Assembly: GCF_902652985.1 (NCBI RefSeq)
Contig: NC_047017.1
Coordinates: 8,370,001 to 8,434,000 of the forward strand
Direction of reading: 5' to 3'
DNA length: 64,000 nt
Source: Pecten maximus
Taxonomy: Eukaryota
This document shows, in pieces, positions 1 to 13,713 of the stretch. The position numbers and the translations under genes are program-made. Below the pieces are notes generated by a model. It worked only from the letters and a program-made list of their open reading frames with translations. It was not told the origin of the DNA and did no database searches. Numbering within the stretch: position 1 is the stretch's first letter; every line of letters starts with the position of its first letter.

Positions 1-1500
1 CAATTGTCAAAATCCAAGATGGCAACCTGTCGGCCATATTGTTTTCCAATTGATCTCAAAATGCAATTAGCATAACGAGGCACCAAGGGGAACCTCCATA
101 TGAAATTTGAGAAAGATCCATTCAGTACTTTCTCAGAAATAGCGATAACAAACTTCAATTGTCAAAATCCAAGATGGCTGCCTGTCGGCCATGTTGTTTT
201 CTGATTGGTCTCAAAACGCAATATGCATAACTAGGCACCAAGGGAAACCTACATATGAAATTTCAGAAAGATCCATTCAGTACTTTCTCAGAAATAGTGA
301 TAACAAACTTAAATTGTCAAAATCCAAGATGGCTGCCTGTTGGCCATGTTGTTTTCAGATTGGTCTCAAAACACAACATGCATAACTAGGCACCAAGGGA
401 AACTTACATATGTAATTTGAGAAAGATCCATTCAGTACATTCTCAGAAATAGCGATAACAAACTTCAATTGTCAAAATCCAAGATGGCTGCCTGTCGGCC
501 ATGTTGTTTTCAGATTGGTCTCAAAACGCAATATGCATAACTAGGCACCAAGGGAAACCTATATATGAAATTTCAGAAAGATCCATTCAGTACTTTCTCA
601 GAAATATTGATAACAAACTTCAATTGTCAAAATCCAAGATGGCTGCCTGTTGGCCATGTTGTTTTCTGATTGGTCTCAAAACGCAATATGCATAACTAGG
701 CACCAAGGGAAACCTATATATGAAATTTCAGAAAGATCCATTCAGTACTTTTTCAGAAATAGTGATAACAAACTTCAATTGTCAAAATCCAAGATGGCTG
801 CCTGTCGGCCATGTTATTTTCCGATTGGTCTCAAAATGCAATATGCATAACTAGGCACCAAGGGGAACCTACATATGAAATTTGAGAAAGATCCCTTCAG
901 TACTTTCTCAGAAATAGCGATAACAAACTTCAATTGTCAAAATCCAAGATGGCTGCCTGTCGGCCATGTTGTTATCCGATTGGTCTCAAAAGGCAATATG
1001 CATAACTAGGCACCAAGGGGAACCTTCATATGAAATTTGAGAAAGATCCCTTCAGTACTTTCTCAGAAATAGCGATAACAAACTTCAATTGTCAAAATCC
1101 AAGATGGCTGCCTGTCGGCCATGTTGTTATTCGATTGGTCTCAAAACGCAATATGCATAACTAGGCACCAAGGGAAACCTACATATGAAATTTCAGAAAG
1201 ATCCCTTCAGTACTTTCTCAGAAATAGCGATAACAAACTTCAATTGTCAAAATCCAAGATGGCTGCCTGTCGGCCATTTTGTTTTCCGATTGGTCTCAAA
1301 ACGCAATATGCATAACTAGGCACCAAGGGGAACCTACATATGAAATTTGAGAAAGATCCCTTCAGTACTTTCTGAGAAATAGCGATAACAAAAATTGTTT
1401 ACGGACGGAGGGACGGAGGGACGGACGGACGGACGGACGGACGGACCACGGACGCAGGGCGATTTGAACAGCCCACCATCTGATGATGGTGGGCTAAAAA
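1..1500 (-). mobile_element. Non-autonomous Helentron-type (HINE/pearl-like) element with an internal ~155-bp satellite (~9 units), truncated by the window start
   Basis: 155-bp period (equivalent positions 191, 346, 501). This is followed by a (GACG/GGAC)n microsatellite at ~1401-1447 and a terminal palindrome AGCCCACCATC-TGAT-GATGGTGGGCT before an A-run at ~1470-1500. Same architecture as the element at 62891. Confidence 0.75.
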
Positions 1501-4139
1501 GTTGAAAATACATATTTTTTTAAAAATCTTTATTCATCAGTACAATACTGACCAAGGGGAATAACTCCAATATAAACCAATCTTACGAACATTGCAGTCC
1601 TGATAATTTGTTTTCTTAAAATAGTTTATATATCATACAAGCAACAATTTTGATGGTTTTTTGGCCTGGTCTGACAGGCTGCAGTATATGTATTACAATA
1701 TGACGACATTGGGTGTTGGATAAGAAATCTGGTGTAACATTACTCCATATACATTTGTACGTTCGTCTACATGGCAAGACAATTTTAAAATATTGTTTCA
1801 GTTTTAACACTTGACATACCAAAATGAAAATAGACACCAGGAAAATAATGATTCACCATTTCATTCCTCTTTAAACTTAAATGAGTAATACAGTTTCCAA
1901 CAGATCATCAATAAATTTAAACCTGATATTTCATGTAACATTATTAAAAGAACATTTTTCATAAATTATTGTTCAACAAAAACAATGGTTTCAACCACTT
2001 GCACAGAGAACAAATCTTCACCCTTAAATTGTAATAACAATTGAAAGCATCACATTCAACATTTTCTTGTAACTTATTTAAGAAATCAAATAAAGATAAA
2101 TTTTAATTGTTCAGCGAAGTTTGACATTCATTTTTTACAGTAAAACTTTGATACAATATAATCTCTTTCATTTGTAGCCATCTTGCATATTCTGATGTAT
2201 TTCAAAGCCTTCTCCATTTGCTGAAGGATTTATTTTAGCATATATTGCTGCAATATCTTAATTAAGATTTTCTTTTAATTTTCAAAATTTGACTGAACAA
2301 CAGACTCCAGTGTACTAGACTTCAACAATATAGAATTATCTGTGTGTGCACAGTGTATGGTCTAAACAGGCATCAATCCATCACTTAATAAAATAAAAAT
2401 TAATTGCAATGTGCAATTCATTAAATATCTTTGTATCAAAATTAATAATAAATTAATGATCACCTTCCAAATGAAGAATCAATATTCAATTAATGACTAT
2501 CTACATAAAACAAGTTATCTTAGTCCCAGCTAGTTTACTTCATGGTAGCTAATATTTTAACTTGTCATTTATATGAGACAATAAAAATTCAGGAAAAACA
2601 CAATTGAACCCCTTAATAAGAGTTTTCTCCTTCAAGGCCTATATTCATAGTTAAAGTTTTCATTTGGTATTGTCGATAAAACACAGCTAACATTTATTAC
2701 AGCGATATGTATTAGTGATACCTTTATATCTTGTTTTTCTTTTTACACCAAGTCAGCTTTAACTAAAGAAACTGAATTCTACAAGTTGCTGTAAGATCAA
2801 TAATATTCCAGTGTGTGTATCTTATGGTTAACAACACGACAAACCAGTTTAACTTCAATGTCTACATTCTCGGACGTCAACATGCACCAACACTTGCGAT
2901 CATCCAACATAACAGATACCTAACATTCATTACATGTTTAAATGCAAAGCAAACCTTGAAGTTCAAATTCAACTCACTCACTCGATCATACACGCCCAAC
3001 AACTCCACATAAAATATGTTAACACAATGGTACAGTAGGGAGAGGACAACATGTTGTACCAACGTCTGTGACAAAATACCTATATACCAGGGTCAGATGT
3101 ACCTGATGTATTGTGTAAGGTTCAAACACTTTGCATCTGATTTCGCCATTTCACTTGATCAGGCAAACATTGATCAGGCAAACATTGGCGTTAAGTGTAA
3201 CACTTTAACAGTACACGAGTTTTGCCCTTGTAACTTGCCTACATTGAAATCTCAGAGACATTTGGTTATATTACTACTACACTGTAGTTCTATCTCCATC
3301 ACAGAACTTTTTATAACCAAAACTCATTCCAGGTCATGATTGCTGACACCTTACACTCAAGATTTGTCCATTGCAAAATTTTGAGAAAAAAAAAAACCAA
3401 AAAAAACACCATTAACACAAACTGTGTCACCAGCAAGGAATTCTGGATTAGTAGACTTCTGGCACTGGAATTAAGAATGGATCTGTGATGGATCAGTGAT
3501 TGTGGTGCTGTGAACCATCACCATATTAACACCTCACAAATATTCAGGATTTAAGCAGAAGGGATTGTATTAAACTATGTAACACAGATACAATTTCTCA
3601 CCTACTTTCAGTTTAAAGATGTCCTTTCATAAAAAATATGCAATGCTATTATCATGTCTGAAATTCCGAGTTATAGGCTGAGTGAGCAATCCTCTGTAAA
3701 ACCAGAAGTCCAGACACTGGATAAGGGGAGATAACCACGTGATAATTTTCAAACAATGTTCCCTACCCACTTCAAAATTTAGAAATGAAATATACATGTA
3801 CGCCGATAACAAAAAATGATTCAAAATGAAAACAATGTTTTCGCAAATATTGGATGCTCATTCACCTTTTAAGAATAAAAATGTTCCCCTTAAACACATG
3901 TATGAGGTATGATGGATGAAACTGTCATACATGAGATGAGAGGAATATTAAAGCATTATATTACAATTTACTTCACTTCAAGTCAATGACTGATTAGGGA
4001 TCACAATTAATTGCATAACACAGGAAGACCAGTACAAATGTTTGCACCACTAGCAAGCCTGGATCCAACAGTGAAACTACCTATACATTGTACATATCAT
4101 CTGCTCCACTCAACATACATAATAAATAATGAGGTACAA

Positions 4140-4680
4140 CCGATAATGACTCGGACAGGTCACCGAGACACCATCTCACACAGCCTGCTGTAACAATGAC
4201 TCACACAGGTCACTGAGACACCATCTCACACAGCCTGCTGTAACAATGACTTACAGTGACAGGTCACTGAGACACCATCTCACACAGCCTGCGGTAACAA
4301 TGACTTACAGAGACAGGTCACTGAGATACCATCTCACACAGCCTGCTATATCAATGACTTACAGAGACAGGTCACTGAGACACCATCTCACACAGCCTGC
4401 TGTAACAATGACTCACACAGGTCACTGAAACAACATCTGACACAGACAGCCTTCTGTTTCAGGTCTCTGAAATACCATTTCACACTCTGCTGTAACAATG
4501 ACTTACACAGACAGGTCGCTGAAATACCATCTGACACACAGAGACTGTGCATGCTGTAGCAATGATTTACACACTCTGCTGTAACAATGAGTCTCAGACA
4601 CCCACAGACAGTCTGCTGTAACAATGAGTCTCAGACACCCACAGACAGTCTGCTGTAACAATGAGTCACAGACAGGTCAA
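4140..4680. repeat. Minisatellite, 50-54-bp unit (GGTCACTGAGACACCATCTCACACAGCCTGCTGTAACAATGAC...), degenerating toward the 3' end
   Basis: Unit starts at about 4158, 4208, 4262, 4316, 4370 and 4420. Confidence 0.9.
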
Positions 4681-5589
4681 CATACCTGCTATATGGCATA
4701 CAGGAAGAACAAGCAAAAATAAATTATAAAAAACTTTTCTACATAAGATTCCTTCCTTTCTTTTCTTAATATGCAGTGTACCTCTATTGTAATATATGAC
4801 GATATAAATTGGATATGCAGAGTATATATTTACCCCATGATTATTTTATTTCCAAAGACAGAAAAAGGACAGATAGATTATTCCTATGCAGATGCAGAAT
4901 AATTTGATCATTTCTCTCAACTGTTTAAAGGAGTTCAATACAAAGTCATCATGTAGTTACTACATTAACGACACCAGTAGCACCTAAAATTCCGATCGTG
5001 TTTATAACAGGTCTGGTCCAATTTCCATCAATTATCACTGGCTTAAACATGGTCATGTTGAGGTTAATATTTTGAGATATTGGCATGACCTGGTCATGGT
5101 GATTCAATTTTTAGGAATGCAGCAATATTGTATTACAACGTCATAATAATTGTGATGTCAAAATGCTCCAGGCCAGAGTAAATTTCAAGTTAGTGAGATG
5201 ACTATAATGCAAGTCCACCCTTCTGCAAACAAATTCCATGTCCAATATAAATTCAAGGAAGTCTGAATTGGCTAATATGGTGCTATATATTGACCCCGAT
5301 AGATAAAATAACAGAATATTGATCCCAGACTTTATCTGTTGTTAATATTTTTTCTACCAGGTCGGTATGCCATATTGACCTCAAAAAAGGTCCATAATTG
5401 ATTAATATGGTACAAAACTCAGCTTTTTGATTGTTCAAATAATCTTACAGCAGATATATACAAATTAAGGTCATTTTGTTTTTACATCAAAATGGACAAT
5501 TCCATCATCATTCCATTGGATAATGGAAAGTTATATTTTCCTGATAAGTTTATTACCTTATATACAATGTGGTGCTTTAACATAGTGTT

Positions 5590-5937
5590 AAAAGATCATT
5601 AAATGACTGCCACACATGTATGGACAAAGATCATAAAAGGACCGCCACACATGTACGGACAAAGATCATAAAATGACTGCAACACATGTACGGACAAAGA
5701 TCATAAAATGACTGCAACACATGTACGGACAAAGATCATAAAATGACTGCCACACATGTACGGACAAAGATCATAAAATGACTGCCACACATGTATGGAC
5801 AAAGATCATAAAATGACCGCCACACATGTACGGACAAAGATCATAAAATGACTGCCACACATGTATGGACAAAGATCATAAAATGACCGCCACACATGTA
5901 TGGAGAAAGATCATAGAATGACTGCCACACATGTATG
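5590..5937. repeat. Minisatellite, 35-bp unit AAAGATCATAAAATGACTGCCACACATGTATGGAC, ~10 copies
   Basis: 35-bp periodicity seen directly (5626, 5661, 5696 ...). Confidence 0.95.
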
Positions 5938-7360
5938 TACTGGATATGTTTCAGTGTCATACAAAATGTACCTTGTCCATTTGGGTGACTTTTTGCTAGT
6001 GTGAAAAAGAAATAACAGATGTTATATATTGTATGCATATTTCCTATATATTTAATTATAACTCTTTACTATACTGAATCTGTATAAAGTATGTGTACCA
6101 GGTAATTAAAATATCCAATTAAGAAATTTCCTTTATGGGTCTGTATCAATCTAAATTCAACAGGCTACAATATGATTAATGAGTTAATGAAGTATGGAAA
6201 CTCATCATGACATGGTCGTCTGTTGTGTAAAAAAATTATTTTGAGAAAACTCTTTCATAGCCATGTTAATTTATTGAGAGGGCTAGAAATATTGACAAAG
6301 GTGAGAGAGAAATATCGAGACATGAATGTATTAACAGAGTGGCAAGCCAAGCTAGTAGACCAAGACCCATACTGGTGACAGTAACATTATAATACCTGGT
6401 ATATATGTACATGTGGACAAGACCCACACTACAGTGATGTATGTCAACGTGTATTTTTTTAAACATTTTTTCCAGTCAGTTCAAATTTAATATATGATAA
6501 TTGGTGTAAGACAAGCATTTAAACATAATTGAACACTTTTTCTTCTCAATTAATGGTTTTGTTTATCAAGATACGAGAGTACTTTAGCTTGTTCAAAGCC
6601 TTTTTAAAAAAAAAATTTTATATTAAGTCTCGACGTTAATGAAACACGAATGTATCAAACTCTTTAAGTTTGGGACTTTGAAATCAAAGAAGATGGTTCA
6701 TTTTTTTAAGTTCATAATAACAGTTCACAAAATTAACAAACGAGGATACAATTTCTAACATCACAGAACACAAAAATGATTATCAACTTTATATAAAAAT
6801 ATGAAAGGATATTTCCCGAACAGTTTTTTATCACAAAGCACTTGACAGGTTGATTTCTAATGGATGTATAGGCCGTCACCACAATAAGGTGAGCACAGGT
6901 ATAACACTCACACTGGCAGTATATCATCGAACGGCAAGAATCAGTATTTGCTTACACTTTGAAGACTTAATACAATCACACAAAAAAAGTATGGATTTCA
7001 ACTGGTGTTGATGATGAACTGAAAATTATCAAATTTATAATGGTTCGGATTAGAATGCAGTACATTATGTTTTGAAGCGATACATACAGAACAAGATGGC
7101 ACAGTCATTATTTTGTCCGCGTTTTATCACTATGTAGTGGTCTTATAAATAATACATTTGATCCCTTGAGAAAAAAAAAAAAAAAAAGGGATAATGATTC
7201 TTGAGTCTATTTGTACATTCATTTCTCCCCACAAAACAAACACACACTCTGGTAACTACACATGATGTAAAATAACTTACTCAGTTTTATACCCCTTCAC
7301 ACACACAACACCTAACAATAAAACAGTTCCGCTGTTCATAACTAACATTTCTTTACACGT

Positions 7361-9803
7361 CTATCGTAACCACAGCTTCAGTCGTAACGCATCCACACCA
7401 TTCAAGTAGTAACGGAATAATCTTTTGTCTCGTACAAATCCCAGATTTTCATACAGGCGTAAGGCTGCTTTGTTGGTTATTTCTGTTTCAAGAACAACCT
7501 AAAAGAAGAGGAATGAAACAATGATGACTGGTGGAAAAATACTTAAGTGTATCATAGATTTCATATATATTAGAGCCTCTTGCACTTGTAGCAATGTCAT
7601 ATGGAATCATCAAACACATTCAGTAATTTAATATGCAATGACTTCGACCCTTTATGCCTATCTAATGTCAGAATTTTAGATTTTGGTTTACATGTATTTG
7701 ATTGATATCCATACCTCTACTTTTATTTGAATACTTTTTAATTTCCTCACCTCATCACAGTCATCTAGTATCATAGCTCTGATTGCCTTGCGGACAAGAT
7801 GGGAACCTGCAAGTAAAGATGGGATAATTATCAAAATTACATAGAATATAAAGACTTTATATTAATTAATAACAACAACACATGGATTAATCACAATGAG
7901 CATTATACTCAGATCTAATGCACTAGATCTGCTGACTATATATACAGGACTAGAGAACAAAAACATGTCTCCCCCCTTCTTCCTTATACTAGGCATTGAT
8001 TGTTTTCACAATTTACCTTTGACTTTTAGGCCCGAACAAGAAATAATTGTACTCATTTGACTTTCGATTTTGAGGTACCAAGTTTGAGTTATTTCCAATA
8101 ATTATAACAATCCATATAATTCATACTTTTGTTTGACCTGGCAATGGAAGATTTCATTGGGCGAGGGGTTTGTGGTCATGGAATAATTTCAAAATGTAAA
8201 TTGTTTACAGACAGACAAGGCATAGTGCTGGACAAGAAGACAGTTGCATTATAATAAGGTCACCTAAAATCTTCATCTTACCAATTCGTTTCCTTCTGTA
8301 ATCTGAATCTACAGCTAACATTGCTATGTATCCTCTTCGTACCATTTTCTTGTGCATATCTAATTTACAAACTATGGCTCCCACACATTTTACTCCATCC
8401 ATAGCCTGTTGTAGAAAAAAAAAATATAACTATTTCATGAAAATTGTAAGAATCAAAATGTTACATATAGCCAGCTTAAATTAGGAGTACTAGTAAATCT
8501 CATATAGTTTTCACCCAAAAACATACAAATGTAGTAACATTCAATATCTGAACTAAAGATCTGATCAACATGACATACTAGTACATTCTCCTGGGATACT
8601 GAGCCTGTGAATTCGAAGTTGTACAGCTTGGGTACCGGTGTACATGTAATTATAATTATAAGGCCTAAAAAATTCCACTATAACATGCCAGAAAAAAAAA
8701 ACAGGGTAAACAGGTCATGAAATCTTATTTATGTTTTAATAGTTTTTACTAGAGTCTCAACTTACTTTCTATAAAATAGAACAGCCAAAAAAGGGTAGGC
8801 TAGGGAAGGCTGCATCTCTTAGTGAAAACTGGTATGTTTACAAGGCCTAAATTATATACACAGTACACTGCATGTATTCTCTTTAACTATCCGTGTCTTA
8901 CTCTTTGGGAACAAACTGTCCTGAAGATGTTTTAGCTATAATTATCAATAATGAATTATGCATGATCAGCATTAAATCAGACACCTGTTCATGCAAGTTT
9001 TGGAGGACCTGTACCAAGTATTTTATTAAAGGCTCTGGTTAGTGTGTAGACGTTCTAGGATCTTAACTTTTGAATACCATCATGTTCATTTGGTATCAAA
9101 TTCAAACCAAGGGCCATTCACTTGCTGTCCCGATATAAAATTAGCAATGAAATTCTATCTTGGATAACTATGAATTCGAAGTAAGTGGCTCATACGTATA
9201 CTTTAACCAAGTTGGCTCATGCTGCAAACATAAAAGTGCAGTATAACTTACAAGGAAGCAAAGCTTTGGCCAGTTGTGGATGAAGTATCTGTAGGTATAA
9301 ATTGAGTATGGTTCCGACAAGTCTTTAGTTATCAGTCTCATGATATCAGGCATTTGAACTTCTGATTTATAAACAATATACTCTATTCCTTCTTTTATAT
9401 CACTTCCCCCAGGTGCATATACACCTAACTGCTGCACGGCTTCACACAAAGAGGATTCTGCATCACTTCCAAGACCAGTACAGTCAATACTGCTTCGCTC
9501 AGTCAGGGGGGTGTCGATCGTATTTTCACTTTCGCATGAGGAACATGCTTCCATTTCCTCTGGTGCATTCTCTGTCAATTTAGGACTTTCGGTCGTCAGT
9601 ATATGCGATACCAAACCATTTTCGTTTGGTCTGTGTTTGATCTTGCCATTTGGTAACTCATTGTCAATCTTTAATGGTTTTATTGATGCTTGAGGATCAC
9701 CAGCATCTAACGTCACGACGTCCCCCTCCATTTTGCGTTTCTGCAACTCCGGCAATACTTCGTCTGTTTCTGCTCCTGCGGTATCATGAGTACATTCTGA
9801 CAT
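7361..9803 (-). CDS. NAA30: N-alpha-acetyltransferase 30 (NatC catalytic subunit). Coding exons 9803-9252, 8405-8282, 7806-7751, 7498-7361
   Basis: The spliced translation gives [87 protein letters not shown]...[47 protein letters not shown], which is the hallmark NAA30/Mak3 GNAT sequence. All introns are GT-AG and phase-consistent. Confidence 0.97.
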
Positions 9804-10214
9804 TATATAAATATGTTCATCTTATTACAATATTATAAAAAGTAAGTGTTCCTTTTACATCTCCAATGCCTCGTCGATGCACGTGTCGTTTCCCATTTCT
9901 TATACTTAGCGTGACTTTCTAAATAACATCGTCCATGTTGCTGTGGACTATACTACTTCCGGTAGTGTACTTCCATTTACTTTTTATATTCGTGCGCCAA
10001 TAACTAACAGAGGAGTTATAAAAGGGGATTCTATCTATGAAATCATTTTTAAGTAATGCAAGAAATCTTGTCATGTTTTGATTCAAATGAAGGACATATT
10101 TGCGTCGAAATATTTGCAAATAATAAACTACTTTTGCGCAGGCGGAATTATGAGTTGGGTGTTGTGAGGCACTTCCGGTTTTAGGGGCACTTGTCACACG
10201 TGAATGTGTTTGAG
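9804..10214. promoter_or_regulatory. Putative bidirectional promoter and 5' UTR region shared by NAA30 and COA6
   Basis: The start codons diverge only ~410 bp apart. The region is locally CpG-richer and has ETS-type ACTTCCGG motifs at ~9955 and ~10171. Confidence 0.6.
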
Positions 10215-12940
10215 ATGGAGAATGCTGTCAAAAAAGGGTACGCCGGTATACAATTCTGTCTACATGTTTAATTTCAATGCACCAACACATTTATGCACAT
10301 TAATTCAAAATATCTTAAATTTGATTGCCTGATAAGATAACATTAAAAAATGAAACGGAGGTTGGTTGCATAATTAAAAAGTCCAGTTGTTGTAAACCAT
10401 ACCCCTGTGTTTTGACAGGGATTATTCCCGGGTAATAATTTGAATTAGATAAGTAACTTTTTATTACAGATGAAATTAAACTAATTTGTTTGCATTTACT
10501 GTATGGTGTTTACAGAGGTAACAGAATATGTATATGTCCATAATGGTTTAATTATGACCTTGATAATTCAAAGAATAGATAGCTGATGATAATATTATTC
10601 CCATTCCGTAGTACTTATTAGCGGCCTGTTGACTCCAAAGATAACGGCAAGATTGATTTACAAAACTTAGGACTACATTCAATGTAAACACTAATTTAAA
10701 GAGTTACTGCCCTTGGTTCACCCTTTGGGATCACCATTCTGGCCCAGGGAAATGACACTCCTTTCATACCAGATTGAGTCTATTTCATCAATTCATGCTT
10801 CAGACCAATTTTGATAAAATCTTCTTAAGAAGAGAGATCTCTCTTGTTGATCTATCAAGCTCCCAGTGCCCTGGGCCTTTTGTCACCTGTAGGTCCAGAG
10901 TGAGACTGTTTTTTGTTTTGTTTTTTTTCTTCCGGCCGATCCTTTTATCATAAATATTTTCTAAATCTGGTAATGAAAGGACTATCAGAAGGTAAATCCC
11001 GAATGAGTAATATTACTACATAGTCTTGTTTTTTTTAATGATACAAGCCTTATGGGTCTCTTGTCTAAACCTTGTGCAATAAATTCCGTTGTTTTTTCTC
11101 ATTATTTTCAGAGACACTAAAGAAAACAGAAAACTGTGTTATAGTTCAAGGGATGCTTATTGGAAATGTCTGGACAGAACAAGTGAAAAACTAGGTGAAT
11201 CAAAATGCAAACATCTAAGGGAAGATTACGAGAACTTTTGTCATCCTTCATGGGTAAGGCTGTTTTAATATTGAGAATGAGTTTATCAGAAAAAACCCAT
11301 CTTGACTTGCATTTCACCTATAGGTGGAGGGGGTTTGATTTTCAGATTGAATGTGAAAAGGTATTGGGTCTCATGCATGACCATGTGGGTTTTTCTACGG
11401 TTATTCATGCAGTTTTCTTCCCACTGCGCATGTGGGTTAATGTTGCATTTATAATTAAAAAGAACAAAAATCGTCATGTTTTTATATAAGTTCAATATTT
11501 GATTATTTCCCGGTAAGTTCTGTTTGTTTTCTTGATCGGATTTTAATGTTAGGTGTCCAACGTCTTTATCGGGATGTTTTCGTCGGTCCTCCTGTTCTCG
11601 CGTGGTCACGTGACCGGCACGAAGGACTACATTAACACTTGGTCGGTAAATATGGCCAGAGCACCCGACTAACGTATTTTGTCGTACAAACAAATATGAT
11701 GCACTTATTCATCGTGCTAAGAAACCGAGAAAAAGTGCTGTACATTCTTCTATTTATTCAAGTATGGTTACATAACGGCGTTATAAACTGGTCTTAATTG
11801 ACAAAGTGCCGATTAATTGACTACTTTTTAAGTAATTTTGACGATGTTTGTCATTTTCGTAAGAATGTACAGCACTTTTCGTTGTTCTCATACAATTACC
11901 TTCACGCTCTTACCTGTTTCATAATTATTGATTTAGGGTAGTAGGGTGCTCTAGGACGATTTATAGAGCAAGTGTTAATGTTCATTCTCCAATATTGGAA
12001 CTCTTCAGTGTTTTAAGTATCGAAATCGGCATATAGAAAAGAACAAACGTTAATAAACGAATGCAATGGATCGTAATTAATTCAAATAATTATTTACAGA
12101 TGATTTCCAAAGACATAAGGTATAGTTAGACGTTTTCGGCTGTACATGCAAGTTTGTAAATTCGACACTGTTATAAAACCACCGTCCTCGTCGTTGCCAT
12201 GACACCCGATCGAAGCTCCCATCACGAATGCACTGTCAAAGTGAAAGTTGAAGTATTTTTCGCAACATGCCGTTTAAACTTAAAATTAAATTCACACTCA
12301 TATTGATTGGGGTTGTTTAATCATACCTGATCAATTGAATTGTAAGAAAACTAACAAAAACACTAAAAAACACTGAATGAAGCCTTCGTGTCAGGCAGTG
12401 CAGACACAACGCGGGATCTGTAAACAATGTGACGTCATTGGAACGTACAAGTTGCAACAATGTACAACAATGTATTTTTTACATGAATACACTAATGAGC
12501 AACAAATCGGGACGCAACATTAACCCACATGCGTGTAAGACCCCCTGTGCTTCCATCTGGGTCAACTAGAGTGATTAATATACATATAAATGTATTAAGT
12601 TGATATAATTTGCATCACCATTATATCAAAATACAGTTGTTCAAACCAAAATCACTTTGGGATTGTTCAAAATGAAAATTGTTCTTTTTGTATATTGAAT
12701 AATGCATGGCATTATCATTAATCAATGATATTGGATATACATGTACATGTATTCAATTAAACAGAATTTAATTTCATGGCTATTTTTTCATTACAGGTCA
12801 TGCATTTTGATAATCTACGATTGAATGAATTAGCAACAAGAAAATATGCCATGTTTGATCCTGTGGACGATCTTCCTCCAGTGAGACAGAGTCCTGAAGT
12901 TGAAGCCAAAATGAAAACAACATTCATCCCATTTGATTAA
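10215..12940 (+). CDS. COA6: Cytochrome c oxidase assembly factor 6 homolog. Exons 10215-10237, 11112-11253, 12797-12940 (~102 aa)
   Basis: The spliced product is MENAVKKG/DTKENRKLCYSSRDAYWKCLDRTSEKLGESKCKHLREDYENFCHPSW/VMHFDNLRLNELATRKYAMF...FIPFD*. It has the CX9C-Xn-CX10C motif with R-x-x-C...RD-x-YWKCLD and C-x-x-x-W-x-x-x-FD, typical of the COA6/COX6B family and closer to COA6. Phases 2 and 0 join cleanly. Confidence 0.85.
11427..12533. mobile_element. Putative non-autonomous DNA transposon in COA6 intron 2
   Basis: Perfect 20-bp inverted repeat CGCATGTGGGTTAATGTTGC (11427-11446 / 12514-12533). Internal 19-bp inverted repeat AAAAGTGCTGTACATTCTT (11731-11749 / 11861-11879). CpG-rich relative to the flanks. 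Confidence 0.55.
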
Positions 12941-13713
12941 TTATGATATGTATTATTAGTCGTTGATTTTTATTGTGTTTATTTTATACAAATATATTAA
13001 AAAAGAACAAATTGACATTTCCATTTTTGATTTTTGTATCCTGTTGGTAAATATTCATCCTGTCAATACAAAATGTAATCTAATTAATACACTTGACATT
13101 CGCAAGAACTAAATAAAAATTGTCTCACATTTGGCCTTGGTGTTGAGACAGGGAGAGATGTCATACCAATATGCCTGTGACTTTTGCTGTGACTTTTCAT
13201 TGAAGTAATACTATAGAGGTCCTTAGTCAGCCCCATTCATACATTGATCTGTTGATGGAACGGCCATTGTTTTATACAATGTCATGAACCCCAGTAGTTT
13301 GGTCTCATTTAAACTGTTGTACATTGTACAAAGAAGGCCACACAATTCATAATGTCCTTGATATTGTTTTGAACTGATAAACAATAAGAAGTCGTCCAAC
13401 AGGAACTATAAGATTGTATTGCATCCATCCATCCATCCTTATGCCCATCTGAACTTTAGATTGTCCAGACTCTCTCTCATACAATACTTGTCAGTAGAAC
13501 TTCATACTTGGGGCACAAGTTCAACTTGCAGCGATAGCATATCGTGTATCAAAATTAGTGCACTCTGACCTACATTTTGACCTTTGGCTTACATACTTTG
13601 CACCCTTCAAATAATGTTTTCATTTGCCATGAATTATATGAGTGAGGTTGTGCAATGAAGATATCTGAGAAGTTAACAAAAACAATCATTATATATAAAC
13701 ACAGAACTAGTAA

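Noticed and set aside
191-1315. Four near-identical 64-66-aa ORFs
   Set aside because: They are by-products of the 155-bp satellite period; no protein features.
1465-1500. CTGATGA hammerhead-ribozyme core candidate
   Set aside because: The motif is the centre of the element's terminal palindrome; I could not build the three-stem fold with a properly placed GAAA and cleavage triplet.
1501-7360. Short ORFs downstream of NAA30
   Set aside because: AT-rich with no homology or coherent exon chain; probably 3' UTR or intergenic DNA.
11286-11693. 135-aa minus-strand ORF and overlapping 94-aa plus ORF
   Set aside because: No recognisable motifs; they straddle a COA6 exon/intron and a putative transposon end.
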